Assembly: GCA_963514005.1 (NCBI GenBank)
Contig: OY740808.1
Coordinates: 13,144,001-13,208,000, forward strand
DNA from: Raja brachyura
Taxonomy: Eukaryota
Direction: 5' to 3'
Length of the DNA stretch: 64,000 nt
Under the pieces are notes generated by a model. The model was not told the DNA's origin. It saw nothing but the letters and a program-made list of their open reading frames with translations, and made no database searches. Each line of letters starts with the position of its first letter. Within the stretch, counting starts at the first letter, position 1. The translations under genes and the position numbers were made by a program. Below, in pieces: positions 1 through 14,064 of the stretch.

Positions 1-279
1 GAGAGGGCATAGCTTGAATACCAAATAAATACACAATCTTGTTCCTTATCAATGTAGCAAATACTGCCAATGTATCAGTAGGAGTGGAGGTTATTCAGAT
101 TAAAGAAAAGAGAAAATTTGATATAGAAGAACAACAAATAAATCCAGCTGAACAAATAAGTCACTTGTTAACCCCCCAGTCACAACAAGATACTGGAGTG
201 GTGCCAAAGGAACTGATAAACGACTGTTGGAACAGGCCAGGCAATTTAATTACCCGAATCACCATTTTGATACCAAAGT

Positions 280-720
280 GTTGGTCCTCAAACTGTACCT
301 GGAATTTTGCCACATTTTGATCATTATTCTCTGGGATGGATCCTTGAGTACAAAGATTTCTTATTAATCCTAATCAAAACACATGAACAACATAATATAG
401 TCTGTTCCCAGAAGGCTTACATAATGTTTTGCTCAGAGAAACAATCACTGTTGCAATCCATGAACTCCTGTTCCGTAGTACCTTTGCCCATTTCATTAGC
501 TCATTGGTATGAAGACCAAAAGTTCCTTGTTGTAAATATTGTCAACAAATTAACCTGGTCCATCCTCATTGATGATATAGCCAATGCCGAACTTCTTCAG
601 ATGACTAAGGAAGTTCAGCATGTCCCCAGTGACTCTAAATATCTAAAGATGCATCGGAGAAAAAATCCCATTGGGTTCCATCACAGTGTCATATTGTTAC
701 TGTTCTGCCTGAGATCGCAA
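280..720 (-). mobile_element. Old degenerate CR1-type LINE ORF2 fragment (endonuclease C-terminus/linker)
   Basis: Minus-strand reading EQEFMDC.SDCFSEQ...KDP...DQNVAKFQVQFE resembles CR1 'EFLECIRDSFLEQ...DPLG.SDH..IEF'; many stops; bounds approximate. Confidence 0.5.
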
Positions 721-819
721 AGTGCAGAGATTTGTGGATGCAGCCCAATCTATCATGAAAACCAACAAACCCTCCCATCAATTCCACATTCACTTCATGC
801 TTCCTTGGAAATGCAGTAA

Positions 820-1175
820 ACATAATCAAGGACCACTCCTACCCAGTCATTCCCACGTCCCCTCTCTCCCATCAGGCAGAAGATGCAAAGGCTTGAAAAC
901 ATCACCAAATGTCAGAACACCTCATTCCTGCTGTTATCAGATTCTTGAATGGAACTCTCTTGTGCTAATGATGTATTCCCTATTTTCTGATCTGCTTTGC
1001 GCCTTGCATTTTAAAAATATCTGCACTTTCTCTATAGCTGAAACACGATATTCTGAACTCTCTTTATTTTCTCTTTTACACTACCTGTTGTAATCATGTA
1101 TGGTGTGAACTGCCTGGACAGTATGCAAAACAACTGTATCCTGGTACAGGTGACAATAAACCAATACCAATAAAA
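820..1175 (+). mobile_element. Degenerate 3' end of L2/Rex-Babar-type LINE
   Basis: HPSH...LPSGRR motif followed by 3' UTR and aataaaccaataccaata tail; bounds approximate. Confidence 0.5.
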
Positions 1176-1657
1176 TCATGAAGGATAATTGCAGTTTTTT
1201 TTATAGGCTTTTGATATTTCGTCAATTATGCTTTGTTCTACAATGTGCCAACACTAACAGTAGTAACCTTTTCCACAATAACCTTTGAGGCAGGTTATCA
1301 AATGTCTCCCAGAAATGTAAGATTGGCTAAATAACAGAAAACAGAGACTAGACACAAATGTTTATTTTTCAGGTCGTCAAGATTAAAACAAGTGGTGTTT
1401 GCAGAATTTCACCTCAACCTTTTCAAACTGTTAGAAATGTAATTGGCCAAATGTTCTTCTGTATTATAACGGTTGCAATTCTATGATCCTCTATGTCCAC
1501 TATTCCCATCTTTAATGGTTGATCACAAATCTGACAAAGTAACATTTCTAAATGTAGATTACTTGCATAGCCTAATCCTGCATCTCTTTCATATGCTTTT
1601 GACATGACTGGAAACAATTATAACTAATTGTAAAGTAATTAATTTCCTCCTATTTAG

Positions 1658-1747
1658 GCAGTGGAGCAGTTGAATATTAAGACCAAGAGTTTTAAAGATC
1701 TGCTAAGTGATGAACCTTTTAATCGGCAAGAAATCCTCACACTGCAA
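1658..1747 (+). CDS. PPIL2: PPIL2 internal coding exon (AVEQLNIKTKSFKDLLSDEPFNRQEILTLQ)
   Basis: tatttag| acceptor, |gtatgg donor, 90 nt phase 0-0; matches human PPIL2 AVEQLNIKAKNFRDLLTDEPFSRQDIITLQ (recalled). Confidence 0.95.
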
Positions 1748-2066
1748 GTATGGAACTTCTCTTTTGCTTTGTAAAGCTAATTCGGAATGTCATTATTTAG
1801 GCAGCTCTTAATTCTGCATTATGCAGTGTTTATATAAGTCTGGGGTTCCCAAGAAACATCATTGCAGCCCAATACATCCCATAATAGGATAGCGGGAAGG
1901 AATGTGCTACATTCCAAGGGGATAATAAAAGCCAGCAAAAGAAACACATTTGAATTTATATTATCTTAAGATCTTCCCAAATGCACACGACACAATGGAC
2001 CAAAACATAAATGCTGGGAACACTCAGGCAGGCAGCATAGTAAATGGTTCAGATTGAAGACTCAGG

Positions 2067-2544
2067 TTCCTGGGATGTCAGGACTTTCATATGAGGAAAG
2101 ATTGGATAGACTCGGCTTGTACTCGCTGGAATTTAGAAGATTGAGGGGGGATCTTATAGAAACTTACAAAATTCTTAAGGGGTTGGACAAGCTAGATGCT
2201 GGAAGATTGTTCCCGATGTTGGGGGAGTCCAGAACAAGGGGTCACAGTCTAAGGATAAGGGGGAATTCCTTTAGGACCGAGATGAGGAAAACATTCTTTA
2301 CACAGAGAGTGGTGAGTCTCTAGAATTCTCTGCCACAGAAGGTAGTTGAGGCCAGTTCATTGGCTATATTTAAGAGGGCGTTAGATGTGGCACTTGTGGC
2401 TAAAGGGATCAGGGGGTATGGAGAGAAGGCAGGTACGGGATACTGAGTTGGATGATCAGCCATGATCATATTGAATGGCGGTGCAGGCTCGAAGGGCCGA
2501 ATGGCCTACTCCTGCACCTATTTTTCTATGTTTCTATGTTTCTA
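2067..2544 (+). mobile_element. Young 5'-truncated CR1 LINE (HER1-like) 3' end, subfamily A
   Basis: ORF2 C-terminus LSYEERLDRLGLYSLEFRRLRGDLIETYKIL...RTRGHSLRI; (TTTCTATG)n tail; nearly identical to 6570-7244. Confidence 0.93.
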
Positions 2545-3719
2545 AGACGTTTCATGCATTGTGATCACATAGGCAAATTTGGCATTATTGACATAAAACA
2601 TATTACCATAAGCAATAATAAGACAAATAACTACTGAATTTACTTTTGCTTAGCATGGACTGGGCCAGCAAGGTTACCTGGACACTAAGGAAAACATTTA
2701 TTCTTCAAATAATTTATTGAATTGTTACGATATATTTAGTGAGGGACTTGAAATTGCTGAGGTGATGTTTATTAGAGCAATGGCTCTAGGAAGTCTATTA
2801 TAGGCAGAGTCGATGTCTGTTCAGCTATACTTGATTAATAAAGGGACCTATTTTAATGCAACGTCATACTTGCAATACTCGTGTTGCGCCATAGTTCCAT
2901 GTTGATTATAAAATTAAAACTTGAAACCCTGATCCATGCTTTGTTACCTCAAGATTTCACTATTCTAACATACTCTTACCATATTCTGCGCCTCATCTCG
3001 ATCAGCTAGAAGTCATTCAAAAAACTGTTGCCACTGTCTTAATTCGCAACAAATCCTGTTCACCAATCTTGTGTATATTGTCCTAAGTTGGTTCCTTATT
3101 AAGCATTACTTTTATTGTAAAACTTTGATTCTCTACCCCTTGGCTTTGTAATCTCTGCCAGCTGTTCGACCTGTGATATATGTGCTGTCCCATCATTATG
3201 ATCATGCACTTGTCATCTTTCTTTATGTTTTATGTGGTCTAGTATTAATTTGTTTGTGACCCTGCGAAGTTCTCTGGGACTATGGGCTACACCGAAGGTG
3301 ATATCTAAATATAAGTTCTGGGACAATAAAATAAATAATTGCTTAAACTGAGGTGTAAATTACTTTTGAAGAAAGTACCTCAGTGTCACAAAGTGCGTTG
3401 GGACTATCGAGTCAATTCTATAATTGGAACTTCTAATTTGCCTTATCTGCTAGCTGAAATATTGCTATTTGAAAAATGGTTATCAGATAAATTGACCAGA
3501 AATAAGATGGATCAAAGAAATTGTAAAGACCAGCAATAATAAGTAACGAGGTAAAATATGGATCTGTGAATATGAATACTAATGAGACACATAAACTTGA
3601 GAATTGACCCTGGTGGCCGGTAACCAAATCAGCTATACTCTCTTGTCTGGAGCCAGGAGATTGATTAGTAGGACTGGATGTTATAATCCCTAAGATTTTT
3701 CACTACAATTGACATTCTT

Positions 3720-4345
3720 GGGGATGACCACTAGGTGATTTTGCTACCAATCAGACACATCTTCAGTTGTGTACCTCAACGTCACTGGGTGTTTCGGCCC
3801 TTTATCACAAGACACCCTCAGTCGAGGCAGGCCCACCGCAAGGTGATCAGACCTGGGTTTGTGTCTTATGGTTAGCCTCTAGATGGTCACATGGCAGCCC
3901 AGACAGCATCTTTTCTCTTCAGCTACAGCCAGTGACTGCTCCATTTGGCGGCATTGGCAAGTTATTTTATTGCCCTCCTTTGTGCCTGCCCTCTGACTCC
4001 TACTTCCCTCAGGAGCCTTGCGGTGGAACTGGCTACAAGGCCCCTGCACCCCACCTCCACTGGACACACCCTTACACTCCAACCTCTCCCCTCTGCTGCA
4101 AGGTTTGAATATCAAAGCTTCGTCCACAGCCTACTCCCAGGGGACTGTCAGCTCAATCATGAAAACACGCCGACAGGAGCTGATAATGAAGCTCAACTTA
4201 TTTGACTCCATGCTCCACAGCTTTCTCCATGTGATCTTTCTTCTCTCAACGCCATCCCACCTCATCCAGCAGCCTTGTTTGGCTTGGGATATGGCTTTGG
4301 CACACCTGGCTGCCAAAGAATTATCACTGGTGAACTTTACCTGAT
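3720..4345 (-). mobile_element. Hero-like (restriction-like endonuclease) non-LTR retrotransposon 3' fragment, internally deleted
   Basis: AISQAKQGCWMRWDGVERRKITW...IELTVPWE, then RGW..VCPVEVGCRG and the S.WLWLKRK-like C-terminus, typical of RLE-type LINE C-termini. Confidence 0.7.
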
Positions 4346-6569
4346 GTATTGAAGTTAAGACATTTTGCAAAAAAGAACAGGATTTGTAATTAATTCACTT
4401 TATTTCCTTCAACTGTTATCAAATAAACAAATATCACTATTATTCAGTATTAAAGATAACAATTTCAATTGCCAATTTCTTCATTAGTCCTAGAATAAGA
4501 AAGTACACAAGCATACTCAGAAAATGTTTTTCTTTTTGTGTAGGTTGCAATGATTGAACTTCCATTTTATCTATGAAAATCTTTGTTTTTTGTTCTGTTT
4601 TCAATTATTTTTCAAGCCTTTTTTCTAAATGTGGTCCAATTTTATTTTAAATTTGTGTGGTTGTGTTTCTTGGCAATGTAGAGCTTTATACAGTATGTAC
4701 ATAGTTGTATTTGGTAAAAATAATCATTTACAGCGAAAACATGAAAGCACATGATCATTGAATATCAAAGGCAGATCTAGATCAGCAAAAGCAGATCTGA
4801 CATCCAACCAATGGCACATGACATTGGAAATAGTTGACCTTTTAAGAATAAAAAGAGATTGAAAGTATATAATAGATTTATCACAGCGCTATCTTTGTTA
4901 AAAATAGTTGCTCTGGAATGTGGTTCTCTAATAAATAAATATTTATTAAATAAATAAATAAATAAGATTCTCATGGAAAATTGGAGAGCTGGAATGAGCC
5001 TTCTGTTGTCTGAGACCTTAACTGGGCTGGTGGCCAGTGTAATTTTTTTTATATTGCCTTAGTTATTAGGTACATTTAGGAATAAAGAAATACATTTGCT
5101 TTCTCTTATCATCTCATGTGGGATGCTGAAATCCCATAGATGTATTTGATAGTGCATATATTTCTTATTTCCTTTCAGGGTTAGGAGGGTATTCAGCCCA
5201 TCTAATCTATGCTGGATCTCAGAGCAATCTCATCAATTCCATTTTGTCATTCATTTCCCTGTAATCTGCCCTTTCACATGTGTCCATTACATCTCCCTCT
5301 TACACTTACCACTTACACAAGGGGACGTCATGGCAGCTGATTAAAGCCTTGAGACCTTTAAATTTAAAGTTGAATCTTTCCGTTCTCTGGCAACGTACCT
5401 CAAAGCTATATCATGTTGTGGCATTAGTTTAATAATCATCTATGCTAAAAATGGGTAAAACTATAGAATCCAGAGTCTGGATTGGACTGAACCGGGTTGG
5501 ACCTTTAAATTCCTTCTGCAACATTATAGCTGTTGCTTGATGATTTAGTAAACAATGTTTCTCTTGCCAACTGTCACCAATGATTGGACATTGAGTTCAC
5601 AGCAAACAGTCAATTGTGCAGCATCCATTTAATCAGAAATCATTCTTGAAGGAGCAGAGGCAATTTCAAACCCGAATAGGATATTTTGGCAGATCAAATG
5701 TGGAATGTAGTTATACTGTATAGGAATTATGTGCTTCAGTTCAATCTCAGATGCCGCATTAAAGTTGATATATAAACATGGTAGCTGAATTGCAAGCTTC
5801 TGGGACAAGTAAATAAGCTTTAGAGGAGTTGATTGATTACGGAATTACCTTCAAATGCCCGTTTAGTCTTGTAAGTGAAATGCTACTGTATGTAGTGTTT
5901 AAAACAAAATAATTTATGCTGCATCTATGATCTTGTGAACCAGAATAAAGATTAGGTGTGGTATTATATTTTTTCTAAGGCAACATATCCTCCGTGCAGT
6001 TAATGTATTGGAGTTATCAATCTTTTAATAAAGCTGATTTGGTGTGTTTGCATCCAGTTGGATTGTTATTCTCTCTGAATGTTTTAACCCTTGTCTTAAT
6101 AGATACCAATTTACTGGAGCACAAAAGTCTGCACAAATACATTGAAAAGCAATTGTTGAAAGTAAAGATGGATGTGATATTTGTTATTTCCTTAACTGGG
6201 TCATTAAAATAAAAGTTGGACAGATTTCTGAGGAGTGTGGTGACCTTCTAGCTCCTAAAAAATAAGCCCATTCCAGAAATGTCAGTTTATCTCAAGGCTA
6301 GTGTTGATTGAGCAGCTTTAGGATTGTTGTTTTCATGTTGGAATTGGAGATATGATCTTCTTGAAAACAGGTGGCCAGTTAAAATTACAGACAATGTCCT
6401 TCAAATGAAAATGTTAAACGTTAAAGGGTCTTTTGTTTTAATTAAATTGGAATTACTGTAATTTTCCAAAAAATACCATTACATTCTGAGATCCAATGTC
6501 TCTTTGCATGAGGTTAGCAAATGGTATGTGAAGAAGAAGTGCAGTGCAGTGAAGAAGAAGTGCAGGATG

Positions 6570-7244
6570 TGCAGTGAAGAAAGCAAATGGTATGTTAGCA
6601 TTCATAGCGAAAGGATTTGAGTATAGGAGCAGGGAGGTTCTACTGCAGTTGTACAGGGTTTTGGTGAGGCCACACCTGGAGTACTGCGTACAGTTTTGGT
6701 CTCCAAATCTGAGGAAAGACATCCTTGCCATAGAGGGGGTACAGAGAAGATTCACCAGACTGATTCCTGGGATGTCAGGACTTTCATATGAGGAAAGATT
6801 GGATAGACTCGGTTTGTACTCGATGGAATTTAGAAGATTGAGGGGGGATCTTATAGAAACCTACAAAATTCTTAAGGGGTTGGACAAGCTAGATGCTGGA
6901 AGATTGTTCCCGATGTTGGGGGAGTCCAGAACAAGGGGTCACAGTCTAAGGATAAGGGGGAATTCCTTTAGGACCGAAATGAGGAAAACATTCTTTACAC
7001 AGAGAGTGGTGAGTCTCTGGAATTCTCTGCCACAGAAGGTAGTTGAGGCCAGTTCATTGGCTATATTTAAGAGGGCGTTAGATGTGGCACTTGTGGCTAA
7101 AGGGATCAGGGGGTATGGAGAGAAGGCAGGTACGGGATACTGAGTTGGATGATCAGCCATGATCACATTGAATGGCGGTGCAGGCTCGAAGGGCCGAATG
7201 GCCTACTCCTGCACCTATTTTCTATGTTTCTATGTTTCTATGTT
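6570..7244 (+). mobile_element. Young 5'-truncated CR1 LINE 3' end, subfamily A
   Basis: Open 189-aa ORF2 C-terminus KKANGMLAFIAKG...LVRPHLEYCVQFWSP...; (TTTCTATG)n tail. Confidence 0.95.
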
Positions 7245-7599
7245 AGAGCAACCTTATTGTCAGGATTATATTCATGTTCCTTCAACTGATTGTCAGCTGT
7301 TAACAAAGCAAAGATGACAGGAAATAGCTATTCAGCCAGAATTTTGTTTGGTCCAGGACATGTATTTTAAATCAGTGCAAATTTTGCAAGTTTCCCATTC
7401 TCTTGCCTCCACTGGAGATCCACTGTTGGCATAATCCGACAAAGTAGCCGAGATAATTTATTTATTGGCCTAAACATGAGGAAAGTACATGTAAAATCCT
7501 TTGGCATGTAAAACGATATAAATGCTTTTTCTTTATTACTATCCACAGAGCATTCATTGCTTCTGCCACAATATCTTTTCATTTATGTATATTTGAGGA

Positions 7600-9090
7600 A
7601 CTCCCTCATAAGGCTCACACCAGCCCCACACTGCCCACTTCTCTCTTCCCCTGCCTCACAATGCCTGCTTCTATGTCCTTCCCAAAATCCACAAACAGGG
7701 CTGCCCTGACAGACCCATTGTTCCTGCCTACTATGGACCTACCAAACTCATCTCCAAATACTTTGATTCCACCCTATCTCCCCCAACCCCTTTGTTCAGT
7801 CCATTCTGACTTACAGCTAAGACACCTCACTCGCCTTTCAACTCTTCAATAACTTACTGTTTCCTAGCCCCAGGATCTTATCCTAACCATGGATGTCCAG
7901 TCCTTTTACATTTCCATCTTCCACCAGGAAGATCTCCAGGTCCTCCAGTTCCTCCTAGAACAGAAGCCTAATCCATTTCCCTCCACTAACACTCTTCTCC
8001 ATCTGGTGGAACGTCCTCTCCCTCCACTCACTTTCTCCAAGTTTAAGGTGTAGCCAACAGGGACCAGACTTTCGACTGATGTCTACTACAAACCTACCAA
8101 CTCCCTCAGTTATCTGGACTGCACTTCCTCCCACCCTGCCTCTTACAAAGGCGCGATTCCCTACCCTCAAGTTGGTCTCCACCACACCTGCACGCAAAAT
8201 GAGCGTTCCATTGTAGGACATCTGAGATGTCCTCCTTCTGTAGTAAACATAGTTTTCCCCTGCTGCAATAGATGGACCCCTCGCCTACGTCTCTTTAGTG
8301 TCCTGTAGTTCTGCTTCCTGCCCCCAGGCGGGAAGTGACAGTTCCGCTGGTTCTCAACTTTCACCCCAGAGGCTTCCACATTCAACACATCATCCTCCAA
8401 CATTTCCATCACCTCCAATGTGATCCCAGCACCAGTCGCATCTTCCCATCCAACTTTCTGCCTTACACAGATTTCACTCCCTCTGCAACTCCTTGGTTGA
8501 CTTATGCCTTCCCACCTAAACCACCGCCTCCACAGGTACTTTCCCCTGCGTCTGCATGAGATGTAACACCTGTCTCTATACCTCCTTCCTCACCTCCATC
8601 CATGGACCCCTGTAGTCCAGATGAGGCAGAGGTTCACGTGCACCTCACCTACCCTCATTTACTGCATGCAGTACATCAGTGAAACCAAGTGTAGACTCAT
8701 GTCAAGACCTGCAGGATCTCCCCGGTTGCTATCCATTTTAACTCCTCCTCACATTCCCATACTTACCTTTCCATCTTGGGCCTCCTCCATTGCCAGAGTA
8801 AGGCCACATGCAAACTGGATGAACAACACCTCATATTCCACTTGGGTAGCTTACAACCCAATGGTAGATATAGAATACCTCCAGTGTTATGTAACTACAT
8901 AACCCTCCTCCTCTTCCCCCATATAAACCCCTCTCCCCTGTGCTCCACCTGGACTCGCACCTATTTCTCCCCTCCTCCCCTTCCACCTACATTCCTTTCT
9001 CCAGTGTCACAATTTGTAACTCTTCAATCCTTTTGTCTCACACCTATCTTTTCATCTCTGGACCTTGTCCAAACATTAGCCTATCTTTAG
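7600..9090 (+). mobile_element. Degenerate Neptune-like Penelope-like element (RT + GIY-YIG remnants)
   Basis: [35 protein letters not shown]...CNTC Cys linker, RQRFTCTS..LIYC, KLDEQHLIFHLGSLQPNG; frameshifted. Confidence 0.8.
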
Positions 9091-11299
9091 GGCTACTTAT
9101 TGTTGGTTTCTCATTTTAATCCTTTATTTCTAAATATAATGTTTATTTTTTATTTCTGTATACAGATTTAATCTAGTATATTTTTTGTAAAATTGCTCAT
9201 TGTTCAAAAATATGGGAGTCCTCTGCAACACTCGCTGTCTACAATGCAACACCTTACAAAATCACTTACTTTTCCTCTTCCACGATAAGCTTGGTTCCTT
9301 GTATCCTGGTGTGGCACAAGTAGGATTTCTTCCAACCGTGCAATAAAGTGGACAATGTTTTTATTTACTTGGTCTTTAGTGTATAGCATTACTATTCGTG
9401 TAAAGTTACCACTTCTCGACAAAACCCTTATTTGTGACTTTCTGATAAATGTAAAGAGAATGTTCAGCATAATGGAACCAACTTTAGTGGTGTTGAATCT
9501 AACCGAAGTAACAACTGGGAAGGGTAGCTCTCGGCAGTCTACTTGACCATTTAGTGTTGCAATGAATAGTTTAATACATTATGGAGCTTCACATATACAT
9601 TACTCACAAAATGGTGATATCTGTTGTTACTCATGGAATGGAATGCAGATGAAGGATGGGGTGATCAAGTGGGTGTGGCATTAAATATGTAACATTTAAT
9701 TAGTTGCAACACTATGACATCAGTAACTACTCTGTGTCAGTATGTGGTATGCCAGTGATGTTATTGTATTCCAGTCATTGCCATTTTATTGTTTTCCAGT
9801 CATCTGCCATTTATCGGAGCAGATTCTGAAAATATCATTAATGTTATTGACTGAATTGCTAGGACATTTTGTTTTCAATTTTAGATGCTCAGAATTGCCT
9901 TTTTGCGTGTTTTGGTTGTCATAGCAACAGAAATGTGCGTACACAGTATGTCATGCTTAGATAATATATGAGTGTTTTGGACTAATTGCTAGAAAATATC
10001 ACTGGAGTCTTTTATATTTTTACGTACGCAGTACAGTTGAATTAAGCAGTAAACCAAATGGAAAGTTTAGTTAGTATCTTCTAACAAGCTGCTGCAGCTA
10101 ATTATTACAAAAACATTAAGAAATGTTACCCAGATTTATGTGGCATTCTAATCTTTTAATTCAGTCACATGTGTATAATCTAATTAAAAATTGGACAGCC
10201 TTAATTATCAGATTACACACCTGCACTCTTTTCTCTTCACTTCACCTCTAGCCTTTGTTCTATATCCATCCAGCTGCCAATCACCCAACCTCACCAGAGT
10301 ATGCTATGACTTATAAGTTCTTGCCACACCCCCTTGCCTTCACCTCTCTTTACCAGCAGTCTTCTCTGTAGTTGATCAGTCTGAAGAAGGTTCTAGACCT
10401 CGAACATTGACCTCGATTCTTGAACCAATCTGCACAACCCTAATCCTTTCTCGGCAAGGGCCATGTCTTGTCTACCATGGGCTTGTTTTCTAATTGTGTT
10501 TTACACTAACGTCTTAGTTTTTACACAATCTTTTCTTTTCCATGTCTTGAAGAATTTACGTGTGAATTTTGTATAATTTATGTTTCTGTGTGTTGACAGA
10601 GTTTACGTAATGTGATGTTGCAAGATACAAGCAAGATTTGTATTGTATCTGTACCTTACCATACTTGTGCATTTTACATTAAAATCAACTTAACTTCGCT
10701 AATCCTGAGATTACTATTTAAGAAATCCTGCTTTTTAAACCATCTGCCTAACTCCCTAAACTCACTTTGCAAGAATGCAAGAGCAAAAGAGCAAGAGGAG
10801 GCCACCAGGTCCCTCAATCTAAGCCCACCATTCAATATTGTCACACCTGATCTATGCCGGCCTCAACTTCTCTACCATGCCTGTTCCCCATAACCCTTAA
10901 TTCCTCTTTCAAATATTTATCTGTCTCCAGGTAAGGTGCTGTTTATTACTTTTTTCTAGGTGCAACCAGTGCCAGGTTCATATCCCCCTCCCCCCTTTAA
11001 TGTAAACAGATTCCAGATTGTACCATGCTTTAGCCCTCTCTCTGAGCTCTGTGGGGGGGGAGGGAGGGGTAACCTATATTCTAGAGCTGTGAACCCCATT
11101 CTTACATATATGAATGTATAGAAGAATGCTGTTAATGACATGCCTAATCATCAAATAATTAATTATCTTTAATTGATGTGAAATCAATTTCATTGGCATT
11201 ATTTTCTTCTCAGGTTCTGTTCAGATGATGATCGTTACAGAGTCATATAGAAAGTATTCAGCCTAATATGTGCATTCTGTTTATTTACACTATTCCTCT

Positions 11300-12300
11300 T
11301 TGTCCACATTAGGACCATATGATGTGCACAGTGAGGATAGTTGTCTAAGGCTACAGCAGCATATAGATCAAATGAAAAGCTGAGAAGACTAGGCAGATAA
11401 AAATTAATCCCGATAAGTATAAGGTGATGCAATTAGGGAAATCAAATAGGGGTAAAACATATACAGTAAATGTTGGGGCACTAAGGAATGTTGTTGAACA
11501 GAGAGATCTAGAGGTCCAAGTCATAGTTCCTTGAAAGTGACAACACGGATTGTGCTGATGGTGCTGAAGAAGTCATCTGCCTTCCAGGGTTGAGGCAAGA
11601 ATGTAAGATTTGGGGTGTTTTGTTGCAACTTTACTAAACGCTTGTTAGGCCGTATTATATGCATTCCTGGTCACCACACCAGGAAGGACACTATTGCACC
11701 GTGAAGAGCACTGAGCAGTTTCATCAGAATGTGGCCTGGATTGGAAGGCTCTAGCCATGGAAGAAATTGTATAGACTTTGCATATTTTTCTTGGAGTAAA
11801 GGCGTTGAGGGATGACCCAATAGAAATTTCCAAGATTACGAAAGCCATAAATAAGGTAGATTGTTAAAACCTTTTAACCATAGTAAGCTATCAAAATTAT
11901 GAGGGAATACGTTTAAGGAAAGAGTAACTAGTTTAAAGGGGTACCAATGAGTCATTTTTTTAAAACTCGGAATGGTTGATACCTGGAACTTGCTGGCACA
12001 GGAGGTGGTAAAATACAATCACTAAATTTCAGAGCATTTAGGCAGATACTTAAATAGGCAAGACATATAAGCATTCTTTCATAATGCAGGCATATGGGAT
12101 TAGTGTTATTGGTCAAAAGATTCTGCGTGGATGTGATGGGCTGCATGGGAAACTGCTTTGTGTTGAGAGGCCACAAATTGAAGGTAACTGGTGAGAGGAT
12201 CAGAGATTAATGAGTTGTTTTTATCTTAGATTACTTTTGTGTCTGAAAGGCTGGAGAAAGCTGATTAATTTTCTAAAGGTTATGACATAAATTTGAAAAA
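11300..12300 (+). mobile_element. Old degenerate CR1 3' remnants
   Basis: Recognisable 'ERDL.V.V', 'LLQLY.TLVRP' and 3' UTR-like sequence, heavily mutated; bounds approximate. Confidence 0.55.
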
Positions 12301-13988
12301 AGAAAAATATTGTTTGGTCAAGGTTTAAAGGATGTGAGTGTGACTAATGAACAACTCGGAGTTGAGTTTACACAATGGGTTAAATAACTTTCTTCTGTAC
12401 TGTGTTGTTTTATGATCCGTTGACTGAGTGTCCTCAGATTTGGAAGCTAAACTGTGCATTAAAGTTCCTGTACAGCATTTGGATTTCACATGAAACACAG
12501 GATCTCTTTGATACAGGCAGCTTTTTAGCAGTGGCTCTGCCCTGTTTACAAATCTGCTAAAGGTTACTGTTGTCATTTCAACTTTTATAGTAATGTCCTT
12601 ATTTTCTGCCTAACCGCAACAAGCTTCAAAACGAAAAGAGCTGCTTTTCTTGTCTTTTGCATATGAAGAGCATTGAGCAGGTGTTGTTATCTCCTGTTAG
12701 TTGGAAATCTTTGACAAATGAAGCAGTGCCAACAGTTGACCTGAACGACTATGGACCCATTGGCCTTGTGTTTATACCAGATGTATAAACTTCAATATTG
12801 CATCCAAACATAAGTAGATTATTGAACCCATTGCGATTGTTCCAATATTCAGTTATGTAATTGCTGATCAATATCAGATATTACTGTGCTCACCTTTGCT
12901 TTATAACTTTCATCAATCTTTCCCAGTAAAAAATATACATCTCAATTTTGAAAATTTCTCTCCAGCCACTCAACACCTTGTTAATATTCCAGATTGTACC
13001 TACCCATTATGGGAAGAAGTGTTTAGACATCAACCTCAACTAGCTCTGTCCTTAATTATAGGATCATTCTCCTTTAGTTTGACCTCCTTACCAGAGAAAA
13101 AGTATTTATCTTCCAACATATTTTGATCACCTTAAATGCCTTGGTTTTATATAATAACATGTTAATTAAAAAAAAACCTTAGTAGATTTGGAATAGGAAT
13201 GTTCTGATAAACATTCAGGATGGAGTAATTTTTTCCTGGTAAATCCAGTTATCATTGATGGGATTTAAGATCATGCCTGTCATGGGAGAGAAAAACTAAA
13301 AGGATATTGAGATTTATTCCTTTTGAACTCGTTAATCTTATAAAACAGTTCCCAAATAGAAAAAAAAATGTTCAAAGTCTGTGTAGGATCGAAAATTATG
13401 TAGTTGGTGAAGGATAGAAAATACTGAATATTTGAAATTCTGACTAAACGATAAAAATAAAAAAATCTAAATTATGTTTCTTTGCTTCAATTTCCATTGT
13501 TTACTTTTTGCTGTCTTTTACATATTCCCCTTCCCTTATCTACCACAGTTCTTTTATTCTGTTCCCCTCCGTTATCTAGAAGTGATTATTCCAGTTGGCG
13601 AGTTGTACCTGGGGAGAATCCCTGTGTATGTAATGCTTACATACACTGGGGTGAATACATTGTCGTTTCTCATTTGTTCCTTTCCAGGCCTCAGGATGGA
13701 ATTCAAAGTATTTGAAGCACAATGCATAGAAGAATAAAAAACAGTTGTACCTTGTAGATTGGTCACAACAGTTGTGCAGGGCAACTTGCCTTTCATTTTT
13801 GTAAACTGCCCTAAGTTATCTTCCTGAGGCTATTTTTTTTTATCACACAGAAGATGCCAAATGAGAAAAGCACATGAAATAAAATCCTTATACTTACTTG
13901 TTATTACGCATAAAGCAAATAAATATTTTCTGATTTATCTCAAGTTATTTAGTCTCATTTGTAAAGTTTTTTTTACTTTTGTCTGCAG

Positions 13989-14064
13989 GATCCATCCAAC
14001 GTGGACAAGTTTAATGTCTCAAACTTTTTCCATGTCAAAAGTGGCCAAAAGGTTACTGATCCAG
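13989..14064 (+). CDS. PPIL2: PPIL2 exon (DPSNVDKFNVSNFFHVKSGQKVTDP)
   Basis: tctgcag| acceptor, |gtaaaa donor, 76 nt phase 0-1; matches human DPTNLDKFNVSNFYHVK. Confidence 0.95.

Noticed and set aside
39-1093. Three overlapping + strand ORFs (93-170 aa) resembling an operon
   Set aside because: No recognisable protein; they overlie antisense CR1 and L2/Rex remnants in a eukaryotic intron.
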